Source: Bacteroidia bacterium
GTDB lineage: Bacteria; Bacteroidota; Bacteroidia; Bacteroidales; VadinHA17
Assembly: GCA_026391555.1 (NCBI GenBank)
Contig: JAPLEB010000055.1
Coordinates: 6,697-70,696 of the forward strand
DNA length: 64,000 nucleotides
Reading direction: 5' to 3'
Position numbers and translations under genes: made by a program. Shown in pieces: positions 56,640 to 64,000 of this stretch (positions are counted from its first letter, which is position 1; the number at the start of each line of letters is the position of its first letter). The notes beneath the pieces are model-generated. The model was given only the letters and a program-made list of their open reading frames with translations, was not told the DNA's origin and did no database searches.

Positions 56640-58853
56640 CAGATAGTCCAGAAGAATTGGCAAATCATCAGGATTAACCCCGAGTGAGATCAGCAGCACT
56701 CTGTCTTCTGAAAATATTGCCATAAACTGTTCTTTCGATAATTCACCGCTTATTATACTTTGACGGTAAAAATCAATAGCTTCCCTCTTTTTACCTTTAC
56801 AAAGCGCCAGATGACCTTTGTTGATCTGATCATGTGCGTTTAGCTTCCCTTCTGATAAACGATCATAATATTTTTCAGAATCATCAAACCTCCCCAATGC
56901 AAAATAGCAATATGCTATAGGCCTCAATATCTTAAGGTTACCAGGTTCATTATATTCAACCCTGAAATAGTATTTTAATGCTTTCTCATAATCCTTAAGA
57001 TCAAGATAACAGTGTGCTGTCATGATAGCCGTATGGATATTTTCAGGTTCCATATCACATGCCTGCAGGTAATATTCAAGAGCCTCTTCATACTTACCCA
57101 GCCTCCGGAGGCATAACCCTATTTTCTTTATTGTCCAGGCTTTTCTGTCAATCAGTTCCGCTCTTTTGTAAAACTTAAGTGCCTCTTCATAATCGGAATT
57201 ATCCTGATAACAATATCCGATTTTTTCGTATATCTGTACATCCGACGGTTTCTCGCCGGCTTGTTTTAGGAACAGATGAAGGGCATCTTCATAAAAGTTT
57301 TTACTGAAAAAATAGTCTGCAAGCCCGGCCTCGGCATCCATAGCGTTACACGTCATCCTGAAAAACTCCGAATTGTAAATATCCAGTTTACCAATAAACA
57401 GGTCCTCAAATTCTTTCTTGTAAGGCGATAGTTTGAAAAACCTGTAAATATCCTGAAGATGCTGCGTAACATTAATCCTGAAGCTTTTATACGGATCGGT
57501 TGCAGATTCATCATCATTTAATTGTTGTAGTCCTTCAAGTTCCATTCGGAAAACCTTTAGCATCATACTTTTTTGAGCAGATGGAAGATATTTGAGGTTC
57601 AATAGCAATGAATATTTGTCGGAATTACAGATGAAAGGAGTCTTGTATAACGCCTCCGCGAGCTCATTGGTTCCCGGACCAAGAACATCATCCCTGTATA
57701 TCTCATCTACCGTCTCATGTTCGGGATAAAACGGAACAAACCAGTTCTGGAAGTCCTTGAAGAAGTCAAAATGCTTCAAATTGGCAAAAGCCGACATATA
57801 AACATCTGCTCCCTCCATCTGGAGTTTTGTAAGCTCTTCCATTGTCTTGAATATCTCTTCCGAGTCGCTGAACATCTCTGACCAGTCGGGATTTTTCTCT
57901 TCATTCTTATCTTTCGGAAGGATATTATCCAGATCAAGTTTTTCCTCAATCCTCGGTTTAAGTTTTGCAACCTGAGGTAAAATCTCGTCTTGAAGTTTTC
58001 TGCTAAGTTTTTCTGTCTCCCGCGACTTGATAGTCTGTAAAATAATGATCCTGCAATGCTCCCGGAACATGCTATTCTGGCTCATTTCTCCTATCCTGTC
58101 AGTAATTTCAGGATACAACAATATTCTTCCGTTATAATAATGCAAATTCAGAATCAGACCTGAGAGCGCCCTCTCCATAACCTGTTCCTGTCCTGCTTCG
58201 TAAATATTGATCAGATGAAAAAGTTTTTCTGATTGCCATGTCCGGAGCGAACTCAGGGTAACCGCAGTTGTAAAAATACTTGCTTCATGCCATCTGAACT
58301 TACCGGATTTCAGAATAATGCTTATCAGGCTGTTTTCAGCTTCGCCATAGTAGTCCGTTAACCACAAATGGTTGAAAATATTTTTAATAAGCTGCCTGTG
58401 CTTCCTTGAAATTTCAGAATCAGGGTTGGGATTTATCTCATTACTCAATTTCAACCACTCATCAAGCTCCGATTTAAACATCAGGTCATCAACAGTTTCC
58501 ACAATTGTTTTGCCACTCAGTTTCATCTCTTTTTCAGCTTGTTGTTTTACCCAGTAGGTATGCCATCCGGAATTATGTGACAATATGTCCTGTCTGACCC
58601 GGTCGGATAGTCCAAGAATTGACTGTATTAGCTTAAGATAAATCTTATTGCGTTCAGGATCGTTAATCCCTTCAATGGTGTAGGTTAACATATTCCTGTA
58701 TGTCATCACCAGGTTATCATACTCATCGCGCAGATCACCGGATGACGAACCTGCAATCATATCTGCCAGTATATCAAGACTTTGTTTTATTCTCTTTTCG
58801 GATACAAAATTGCAAAGCCTTTTATGTTGCTGTATCACTTTTACTACATCCAT
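56622..58853 (-). CDS. Tetratricopeptide repeat protein with large uncharacterised N-terminal domain
   Basis: 743 aa with no signal peptide. The C-terminal ~230 aa are clear TPRs (YEEALKFYKRAELID, YEEALEYYLQACDMEP, YEKALKYYFRVEYNEP, FDDSEKYYDRL). The N-terminal ~500 aa were not recognised. Confidence 0.75.
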   Translation of the reverse strand: MDVVKVIQQHKRLCNFVSEKRIKQSLDILADMIAGSSSGDLRDEYDNLVMTYRNMLTYTIEGINDPERNKIYLKLIQSILGLSDRVRQDILSHNSGWHTYWVKQQAEKEMKLSGKTIVETVDDLMFKSELDEWLKLSNEINPNPDSEISRKHRQLIKNIFNHLWLTDYYGEAENSLISIILKSGKFRWHEASIFTTAVTLSSLRTWQSEKLFHLINIYEAGQEQVMERALSGLILNLHYYNGRILLYPEITDRIGEMSQNSMFREHCRIIILQTIKSRETEKLSRKLQDEILPQVAKLKPRIEEKLDLDNILPKDKNEEKNPDWSEMFSDSEEIFKTMEELTKLQMEGADVYMSAFANLKHFDFFKDFQNWFVPFYPEHETVDEIYRDDVLGPGTNELAEALYKTPFICNSDKYSLLLNLKYLPSAQKSMMLKVFRMELEGLQQLNDDESATDPYKSFRINVTQHLQDIYRFFKLSPYKKEFEDLFIGKLDIYNSEFFRMTCNAMDAEAGLADYFFSKNFYEDALHLFLKQAGEKPSDVQIYEKIGYCYQDNSDYEEALKFYKRAELIDRKAWTIKKIGLCLRRLGKYEEALEYYLQACDMEPENIHTAIMTAHCYLDLKDYEKALKYYFRVEYNEPGNLKILRPIAYCYFALGRFDDSEKYYDRLSEGKLNAHDQINKGHLALCKGKKREAIDFYRQSIISGELSKEQFMAIFSEDRVLLISLGVNPDDLPILLDYLLFIIG

Positions 58854-59007
58854 CTTTTTCTATTTTGGAAATGATATATGACAAAAAATCTTATCATTCT
58901 GTAATAACAATATCTGCAACAATCAGGCCGTTACATTTAAAAACATGCTAACGGAACAGGTATCTGAAACATTCCTTACTTTTAAGGATTAATCAGAGCG
59001 CATTAAT

Positions 59008-60816
59008 TTGAAAGATAGAAATAATATTCTGAATTGGCTGCCATCCGGCAGGAAAGAAATGGAACTTCGCGAATGGGATGAGGTTGACGTCATCATTTTT
59101 AGCGGCGATGCCTACATTGATCATCCTTCATTTGGAGCGGCAGTTATAGGAAGGGTCATTGAAGATGAGGGGTTCCGTGTTGCAATTGTGCCGCAGCCAA
59201 ACTGGAAAGACGATTTAAGGGATTTCCGCAAGCTGGGAAGACCAAAACAGTTCTTTGGAGTAACAGCAGGGAATATGGATTCGATGGTAAACCATTATAC
59301 CGCTGCCCGTCGTTTACGGTCCGACGATGCATATACTCCCGGTGGTAAAGCCGGCTTCAGACCTGATTACCCGACAATTGTTTACACTAAAATCCTCAAA
59401 GAAATATTCACCGATGTTCCTGTAGTCATCGGGGGTATTGAAGCTTCGATGCGCCGGCTGACACATTATGATTATTGGCAAGATAAGCTGGAGCCCTCTA
59501 TACTTTTAAGCAGTGGCGCTGATATGTTGATATATGGAATGGGAGAACAGCCTTTGAGAGAGCTTTTAAGACTGTTGTCGAAAGGAGTTCCTTTTTCTTC
59601 TCTTAAAACAATTCCGCAGACAGCAATAGTTACAAGAAGGAAGGACCCTCTTCCGGTACAAAAAAACTGGAAAGACATCTCACTCCATTCATTTGAAAAA
59701 TGTCTGAAGGACAAAAATCTCTTTGCAGAAAATTTTGTGAAGTTTGAGAAGGAGTCGAATAAGATTGAATCTGCCAGATTGAATGAAGTATCTGGCGACT
59801 TAAAAGTAATAATCAATCCACCGTTTTTGCCGATGGGGGAGGAAGAAGCTGACCGCTCTTTTGATCTTCCGTACATGTATATGCCTCATCCACGGTATAA
59901 TAAGAAGGGAAATATTCCTGCTTATGATATGATAAAATTTTCAGTTAATATCCATCGCGGGTGCTTTGGCGGATGCAGTTTTTGTGCAATAGCGGCCCAC
60001 CAGGGGAAACAGATAATAAGCAGATCGGAAAGATCTATCCTCAGAGAAGTTGAGAAGATTTCTGAACTGCCTGATTTTAAGGGTTATCTGTCTGATTTAG
60101 GAGGTCCATCAGCAAATATGTACAGGATGAAAGGTAAGGATATGAAGTTATGCCATGTCTGCCCAAGACCATCATGCATCTGGCCTGCTGTTTGCAGGAA
60201 TCTTAATGCCAGCCATAAACAGCTTACTGAACTTTATAGAAGAGTTGATAGGATGGAGGGGATAAAAAAATCATTTATTGGCAGCGGTGTACGGTATGAT
60301 TTGTTATTCCCTGAATGGAATAAAAGCGCAGGAAGGGATGAAGGTGAATATCTTGAAGAACTAATTACAAACCACGTATCCGGCCGGCTGAAGGTTGCTC
60401 CCGAGCATACATCACCACGAGTCTTGTCATATATGCGTAAGGCTCCGTTTGACCTGTTTAAAAAGCTTAAAAAACGGTTTGATAATATTAAGTCGAAGCA
60501 TGAGCTTAAGTATGAGATCATCCCATATTTCATCTCATCACACCCGGGTTGTACAGATTCCGACATGGCAGACCTCGTTTCAGAGGTGAAAAGCCTGGGT
60601 ATAAAACCCGAACAGGTTCAGGATTTTACGCCGACACCAATGACCCTTTCAACCCTGATGTATTATACAGGATTTGATCCGTATACCGGGAAGAAGGTTT
60701 ATGTGGCGAGAAGTGTTGAAGATAAAAGGCGGCAGAAAGAGTTTTTCTTCTGGTATAAAAAAGATACACGGTCCAGCCCCGAGTTTTTTAAACCGAAGAG
60801 TGTCAGGAAAAAATAA
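59008..60816 (+). CDS. ygiQ: YgiQ family radical SAM protein (UPF0313)
   Basis: 602 aa. DVIIFSGDAYIDHPSFGAAVIGR N-domain and radical SAM cluster motif CFGGCSFC. TTG start as in the ORF track; no in-frame ATG lies near it. Confidence 0.9.
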   Translation: MKDRNNILNWLPSGRKEMELREWDEVDVIIFSGDAYIDHPSFGAAVIGRVIEDEGFRVAIVPQPNWKDDLRDFRKLGRPKQFFGVTAGNMDSMVNHYTAARRLRSDDAYTPGGKAGFRPDYPTIVYTKILKEIFTDVPVVIGGIEASMRRLTHYDYWQDKLEPSILLSSGADMLIYGMGEQPLRELLRLLSKGVPFSSLKTIPQTAIVTRRKDPLPVQKNWKDISLHSFEKCLKDKNLFAENFVKFEKESNKIESARLNEVSGDLKVIINPPFLPMGEEEADRSFDLPYMYMPHPRYNKKGNIPAYDMIKFSVNIHRGCFGGCSFCAIAAHQGKQIISRSERSILREVEKISELPDFKGYLSDLGGPSANMYRMKGKDMKLCHVCPRPSCIWPAVCRNLNASHKQLTELYRRVDRMEGIKKSFIGSGVRYDLLFPEWNKSAGRDEGEYLEELITNHVSGRLKVAPEHTSPRVLSYMRKAPFDLFKKLKKRFDNIKSKHELKYEIIPYFISSHPGCTDSDMADLVSEVKSLGIKPEQVQDFTPTPMTLSTLMYYTGFDPYTGKKVYVARSVEDKRRQKEFFFWYKKDTRSSPEFFKPKSVRKK

Positions 60817-60819
60817 ACC

Positions 60820-60860
60820 CGGACAAGTCCGCATGGCTGCATAACCACCCGACTTGTCCG
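60820..60860. terminator. Hairpin between convergent ygiQ and SPFH genes
   Basis: CGGACAAGTC ... 21-nt loop ... GACTTGTCCG. Perfect 10-bp stem. No flanking T-tract, so a terminator role is uncertain. Confidence 0.4.
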
Positions 60861-60892
60861 ATCGCGTTACAATCAGACAAATTGTATTTTAA

Positions 60893-61831
60893 TTATTTCG
60901 ATTTGCCTGACTTCTTATCATTCTCTTTTTTTTCACGTTCCTTATTCAATCCCATGGTTAATGCTGTTACACCTGCAAGGCCGCCTAACTGCATGGTTTC
61001 CAGTGCTGAGCTTGGAACAATTACTATTGTGGAGTTCGTCTTCAATCCTTCATACAGCATGTTCATTGCTCTCAGATGGAGAGCTACAGGATTGTTGGCA
61101 TATGTTTTGGCGGCCTCTCCAAACTTTTCTGCTACCTGTCGCTCAGAATCACCCAGGATCACCCTGGCCTGACGTTCTCTTTCCGCCTGGGCCTGCATCG
61201 ACATAGCATCTTGCAGCGAAGAAGGGATCAGAACATCCTTAACCTCAACCGAAATCACATTGATACCCCATGGTTCGGTACGGTCATCAATAATCTTCTG
61301 AAGCTGTTCGCTCATCTTGTCCCTCCCTTCGAGCATCTCCGACAGCATGGTTTTACCGATAACATCACGCAGGGCTGTCTGGGAGGCCCAGTTAATTGCG
61401 TTTCTGTATTCGGCTATTTCAAGGGCAGCCTTCTTGGCATCCAGAACTTTCCAGAACAGCACTGCATCCACATCAACTGGCACAGTATCTTTTGTAAGGG
61501 TCTTTTCTGCCGTAAAAGAAGTTGTAATGACCCGGATGTCAATCCAGTAAGGAACGGTGTCAATGACGGGTATTATTAAAAAGAGTCCCGGTCCCCTTAG
61601 TGAATGGAAACGTCCTAATCGCAATACTACTGCTTTTTCCCACTGATCTGCAATCTTTATTGCAGATGAAACAATAAGGGCAACCAGGAAAGAAATCACT
61701 CCAATCCATATGGCTCCCGTACTGTCCTGAACATCATAACCGGTATATGCCCAAGCAAAACCGATGGCAAGAATGACAAAAAAGATTAATACTGAAAAAG
61801 AACTTTTTGTTTTCATAACAATTACCTCCAT
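60893..61831 (-). CDS. SPFH/Band 7 (stomatin-like) family protein
   Basis: 312 aa. N-terminal TM hairpin, then EKAVVLRLGRF...GPGLFLIIPVID...TKDTVPVDVDAVLFWKV and an alanine/glutamate-rich coiled-coil region. ATG 61816 is an alternative start. Confidence 0.9.
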   Translation of the reverse strand: MEVIVMKTKSSFSVLIFFVILAIGFAWAYTGYDVQDSTGAIWIGVISFLVALIVSSAIKIADQWEKAVVLRLGRFHSLRGPGLFLIIPVIDTVPYWIDIRVITTSFTAEKTLTKDTVPVDVDAVLFWKVLDAKKAALEIAEYRNAINWASQTALRDVIGKTMLSEMLEGRDKMSEQLQKIIDDRTEPWGINVISVEVKDVLIPSSLQDAMSMQAQAERERQARVILGDSERQVAEKFGEAAKTYANNPVALHLRAMNMLYEGLKTNSTIVIVPSSALETMQLGGLAGVTALTMGLNKEREKKENDKKSGKSK

Positions 61832-61942
61832 TTATTTTTATGTTTTAAATCGGATGTTTTTCCCGGTACTTATGTGTCGGATCGATGCGCAGCCTGTTTA
61901 TCTGCTCAAAGAGATATCAAATTTAGGAAATATATAATCATA

Positions 61943-62122
61943 ATGCAATATGTTGAGGTATTTACCCCGGACATATACATCGCGGAGACAATCATCAGCG
62001 ATACTCCAGACAAAATTGACGATCATATTGTGTTGGGAGAGGTCCATAATCAGTGCTTTATATTTTCAGACATGAAAGAAATAAAAACATCTAAGTTAAA
62101 CAAAATGCCTGTAATCAATTAA
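61943..62122 (+). CDS. Candidate orphan small ORF (59 aa from ATG; 82 aa from GTG 61874)
   Basis: MQYVEVFTPDIYIAETIISDTPDKIDDHIVLGEVHNQCFIFSDMKEIKTSKLNKMPVIN. This is the only sizeable ORF in a 413-nt gap. No recognised family, and a 49-codon antisense ORF also exists, so it may be spurious. Confidence 0.2.
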   Translation: MQYVEVFTPDIYIAETIISDTPDKIDDHIVLGEVHNQCFIFSDMKEIKTSKLNKMPVIN

Positions 62123-62184
62123 GGAGTTGTAAGTTTGAAGGCGCATAGGTATATCAGCGATCAGAAGCGTAACCTGAAAAAATG

Positions 62185-62212
62185 AAACCGGGACCAAAAA
62201 CAGCCCCGGTTT
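62185..62212 (-). terminator. Rho-independent terminator after the hydrogenase NuoE-like gene
   Basis: On the minus strand: AAACCGGG-GCTGTTTTTGGT-CCCGGTTT followed by CATTTTTT. 8-bp stem. Confidence 0.5.
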
Positions 62213-62244
62213 GCAGAATTACCTATAAATCAAAGCTTAAGACC

Positions 62245-62730
62245 TTATTTTTCGTATTCTTTAAGTATATTTTTAACATCATCCGGTGCTACCCTGCCAT
62301 AAGTTTTATCGCCTACCAACACAACCGGTGCAAGACCGCATGCTCCGACGCATCTAAGGCTTGAAAGGGAGAACTTACCATCTTTAGTTGTCTCTCCGAC
62401 CTGTAATCCAAGCTCCTTTTTGAACTCATCAAGAACCTTTTCAGCGCCACGCACATAGCAGGCAGTTCCCATGCAGATACTTACAGGGTGCTTGCCCTTT
62501 GGTGTCATTGTAAAAAATGAGTAGAAAGTGACAACTCCGTAAATTTTTGCAACAGGTACTACCAGCTCGTCAGAAACGACCTCCTGAACTTCCGCAGGAA
62601 GATATCCAAAATGTTGCTGACACGTGTGCAGAACATTAATAAGCTCCTGTGGTTCATTATTAAATGATGCGCAGATCTCTTTAATCTTCGCGACATCTTC
62701 CTGTCTCAATTCTATTTTAATAGTTGACAT
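62245..62730 (-). CDS. NuoE/HydC-like [2Fe-2S] thioredoxin-fold ferredoxin subunit
   Basis: 161 aa. Cluster ligand pattern ICMGTACYVRG ... LRCVGACGLAPV is typical of NuoE/HndA/HydC. Confidence 0.85.
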   Translation of the reverse strand: MSTIKIELRQEDVAKIKEICASFNNEPQELINVLHTCQQHFGYLPAEVQEVVSDELVVPVAKIYGVVTFYSFFTMTPKGKHPVSICMGTACYVRGAEKVLDEFKKELGLQVGETTKDGKFSLSSLRCVGACGLAPVVLVGDKTYGRVAPDDVKNILKEYEK

Positions 62731-62763
62731 AGCCTTGAATTTTATTTTTGACCTACCGGTAAA

Positions 62764-64000
62764 TTATTGTTTTACTATAACTTTTTTCTTCTTGTCAAAA
62801 TAATGAGTATGAAGCAGATGATGAGCTATTTCGCTGTTAGGTTTCCCAAGGAACTCTTCATAAAGTTTTATTATGAATGGGTTCTCATGTGATTTTCGAA
62901 GAGGTTTTTTCTTGTCTTCGGCATAAATTGCTGCTACTCTGGCTTTTATTATATCGGAATTTCCATGATGTAATGGTTGCCCGCCACCACCGATGCATCC
63001 TCCGGGGCAGGCCATTACCTCAATAGCATGGAACTGTGATTTTCCTGATCTTACATCGTCAAGAAGCTTCCTTGCGTTGCCTAATCCGTGGGCAATACCT
63101 ATTCTGACAGGAAGGCCGTTAAAATCAATTGTTGCCTCGCGAACACCCTCCAGACCCCTGAGTTCTGTAAAATCAACTCTTTCGAGTTTTTTGCCGGTCT
63201 GAAGCTCATAAGCCGTACGTACTGCTGCTTCAATTACACCACCGGTAGTACCAAATATTACACCGGCGCCGGTTGATTCTCCCATAGGAGTATCGAATTC
63301 CTCATCTTCAAGAGTGTTGAGATCGATATTCGCATGCTTGATGAATGAAGCCAGTTCCCTTGTAGATATAGAAAAGTCCACATCCCTGTTATTATCTGTT
63401 GAAAACTCCTCTCTCTGACATTCATATTTTTTAGCGAGGCATGGCATTATCGAAACCACAACCAGATTTTTTCTGTCGACCTTTATTTTATCTGCAAAAT
63501 ATGTTTTGGCAATTGCCCCGAACATTTGCTGGGGCGATTTTGCAGTTGATGGAACGTCCTTCAGATCGGGGAAATAGTGTTCAAAGAAATTTACCCATCC
63601 CGGGCAGCACGAGGTAAGAATAGGCAATCTTGCGGTTTTATCTCCGTTAAGATGACGGTTAAGCCTGTCGAGAAGTTCTGTGCCTTCCTCCATTATTGTA
63701 AGGTCGGCAGCGAAATCGGTGTCAAACACATAATCAAAACCGAGAGTTCTCAGGGCAGAAACCATCTTACCGGTTACAAGCGTTCCTGGTACCATACCGA
63801 ACTCTTCACCAAGGGCGGCGCGAACGGCAGGAGCAGTCTGGACGATTACTGTTTTTGTCGGATCGACAAGTGCCCGCAAAACATCAGGTGTATGATCAAC
63901 TTCAGTCAGAGCACCGGTGGGGCAGACTGCAACACACTGTCCGCAGTAAGTACATGTCGAATATTCAAGATTCTGCTCGAAAGCAGGAGCCACGGTAGCC
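62764..64000 (-). CDS. hydA: [FeFe]-hydrogenase catalytic subunit (group A), N-terminal part beyond right edge of window
   Basis: H-cluster signatures TSCCPGW, MPCLAKKYE, and EVMACPGGCIGGGGQP, preceded by the ferredoxin-type motif CTYCGQCVAVCPTGAL. The frame stays open to position 64000. Confidence 0.9.
   Translation of the reverse strand, partial: ATVAPAFEQNLEYSTCTYCGQCVAVCPTGALTEVDHTPDVLRALVDPTKTVIVQTAPAVRAALGEEFGMVPGTLVTGKMVSALRTLGFDYVFDTDFAADLTIMEEGTELLDRLNRHLNGDKTARLPILTSCCPGWVNFFEHYFPDLKDVPSTAKSPQQMFGAIAKTYFADKIKVDRKNLVVVSIMPCLAKKYECQREEFSTDNNRDVDFSISTRELASFIKHANIDLNTLEDEEFDTPMGESTGAGVIFGTTGGVIEAAVRTAYELQTGKKLERVDFTELRGLEGVREATIDFNGLPVRIGIAHGLGNARKLLDDVRSGKSQFHAIEVMACPGGCIGGGGQPLHHGNSDIIKARVAAIYAEDKKKPLRKSHENPFIIKLYEEFLGKPNSEIAHHLLHTHYFDKKKKVIVKQ

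Noticed and set aside
1-64000. Searched by eye for tRNA (GGTTCGAATCC-type T-arms), rRNA, RNase P (GAGGAAAGTCC), tmRNA, CRISPR repeats, transposase or integrase genes, and long terminal inverted repeats.
   Set aside because: I recognised none. The only near-matches (for example GAGGAAGTTAA at ~7314, TTCGAACC at ~56426) lack the surrounding conserved context or lie inside CDSs. A tRNAscan/Infernal run would be the decisive check.

Overview
AT-rich, densely coding chromosomal segment with about 53 protein genes. I recognised no rRNA, tRNA, CRISPR array, transposase or integrase. It most likely comes from a member of the Bacteroidota, probably an anaerobic Bacteroidia-type organism. The basis is type IX secretion/gliding genes (porU, porV, a PorP/SprF-like gene, gldJ) alongside an [FeFe]-hydrogenase, Bacteroidota-style long NusB and DUF3276/PUR-like genes, and TAnnTTTG-type promoter boxes. 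Most of the window is core housekeeping: recR, alaS, hutU, ispF, murF, mtaB, folC, nusB, yajC, coaE, speB, mazG, purC, ygiQ, a PhoH/PIN ATPase, peptidases and glycosyltransferases. The most unusual content is at the left edge (1-7236). It is a co-directional tandem array of four paralogous secreted TPR + PD40/TolB-like propeller proteins whose C-terminal modules differ: none, a SPOR-like domain, or a long helical repeat with a C-terminal membrane anchor; the fourth is cut by the window edge. I cannot match this array to a characterised system. Other points worth a second look:
- a PorP/SprF-like gene directly upstream of gldJ, and porV translationally coupled to ispF
- a G8 homopolymer just after the GldJ lipobox
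- a TerC-family gene that seems to lack an internal segment
- a 37-codon ORF tightly coupled to purC
- a GC-rich 36-nt palindrome between speB and mazG
- a 413-nt apparently non-coding gap next to an orphan SPFH gene
- an ECF sigma module with a non-canonical anti-sigma candidate
All functional calls rest on motif recognition by eye in the supplied translations. No database search was run.
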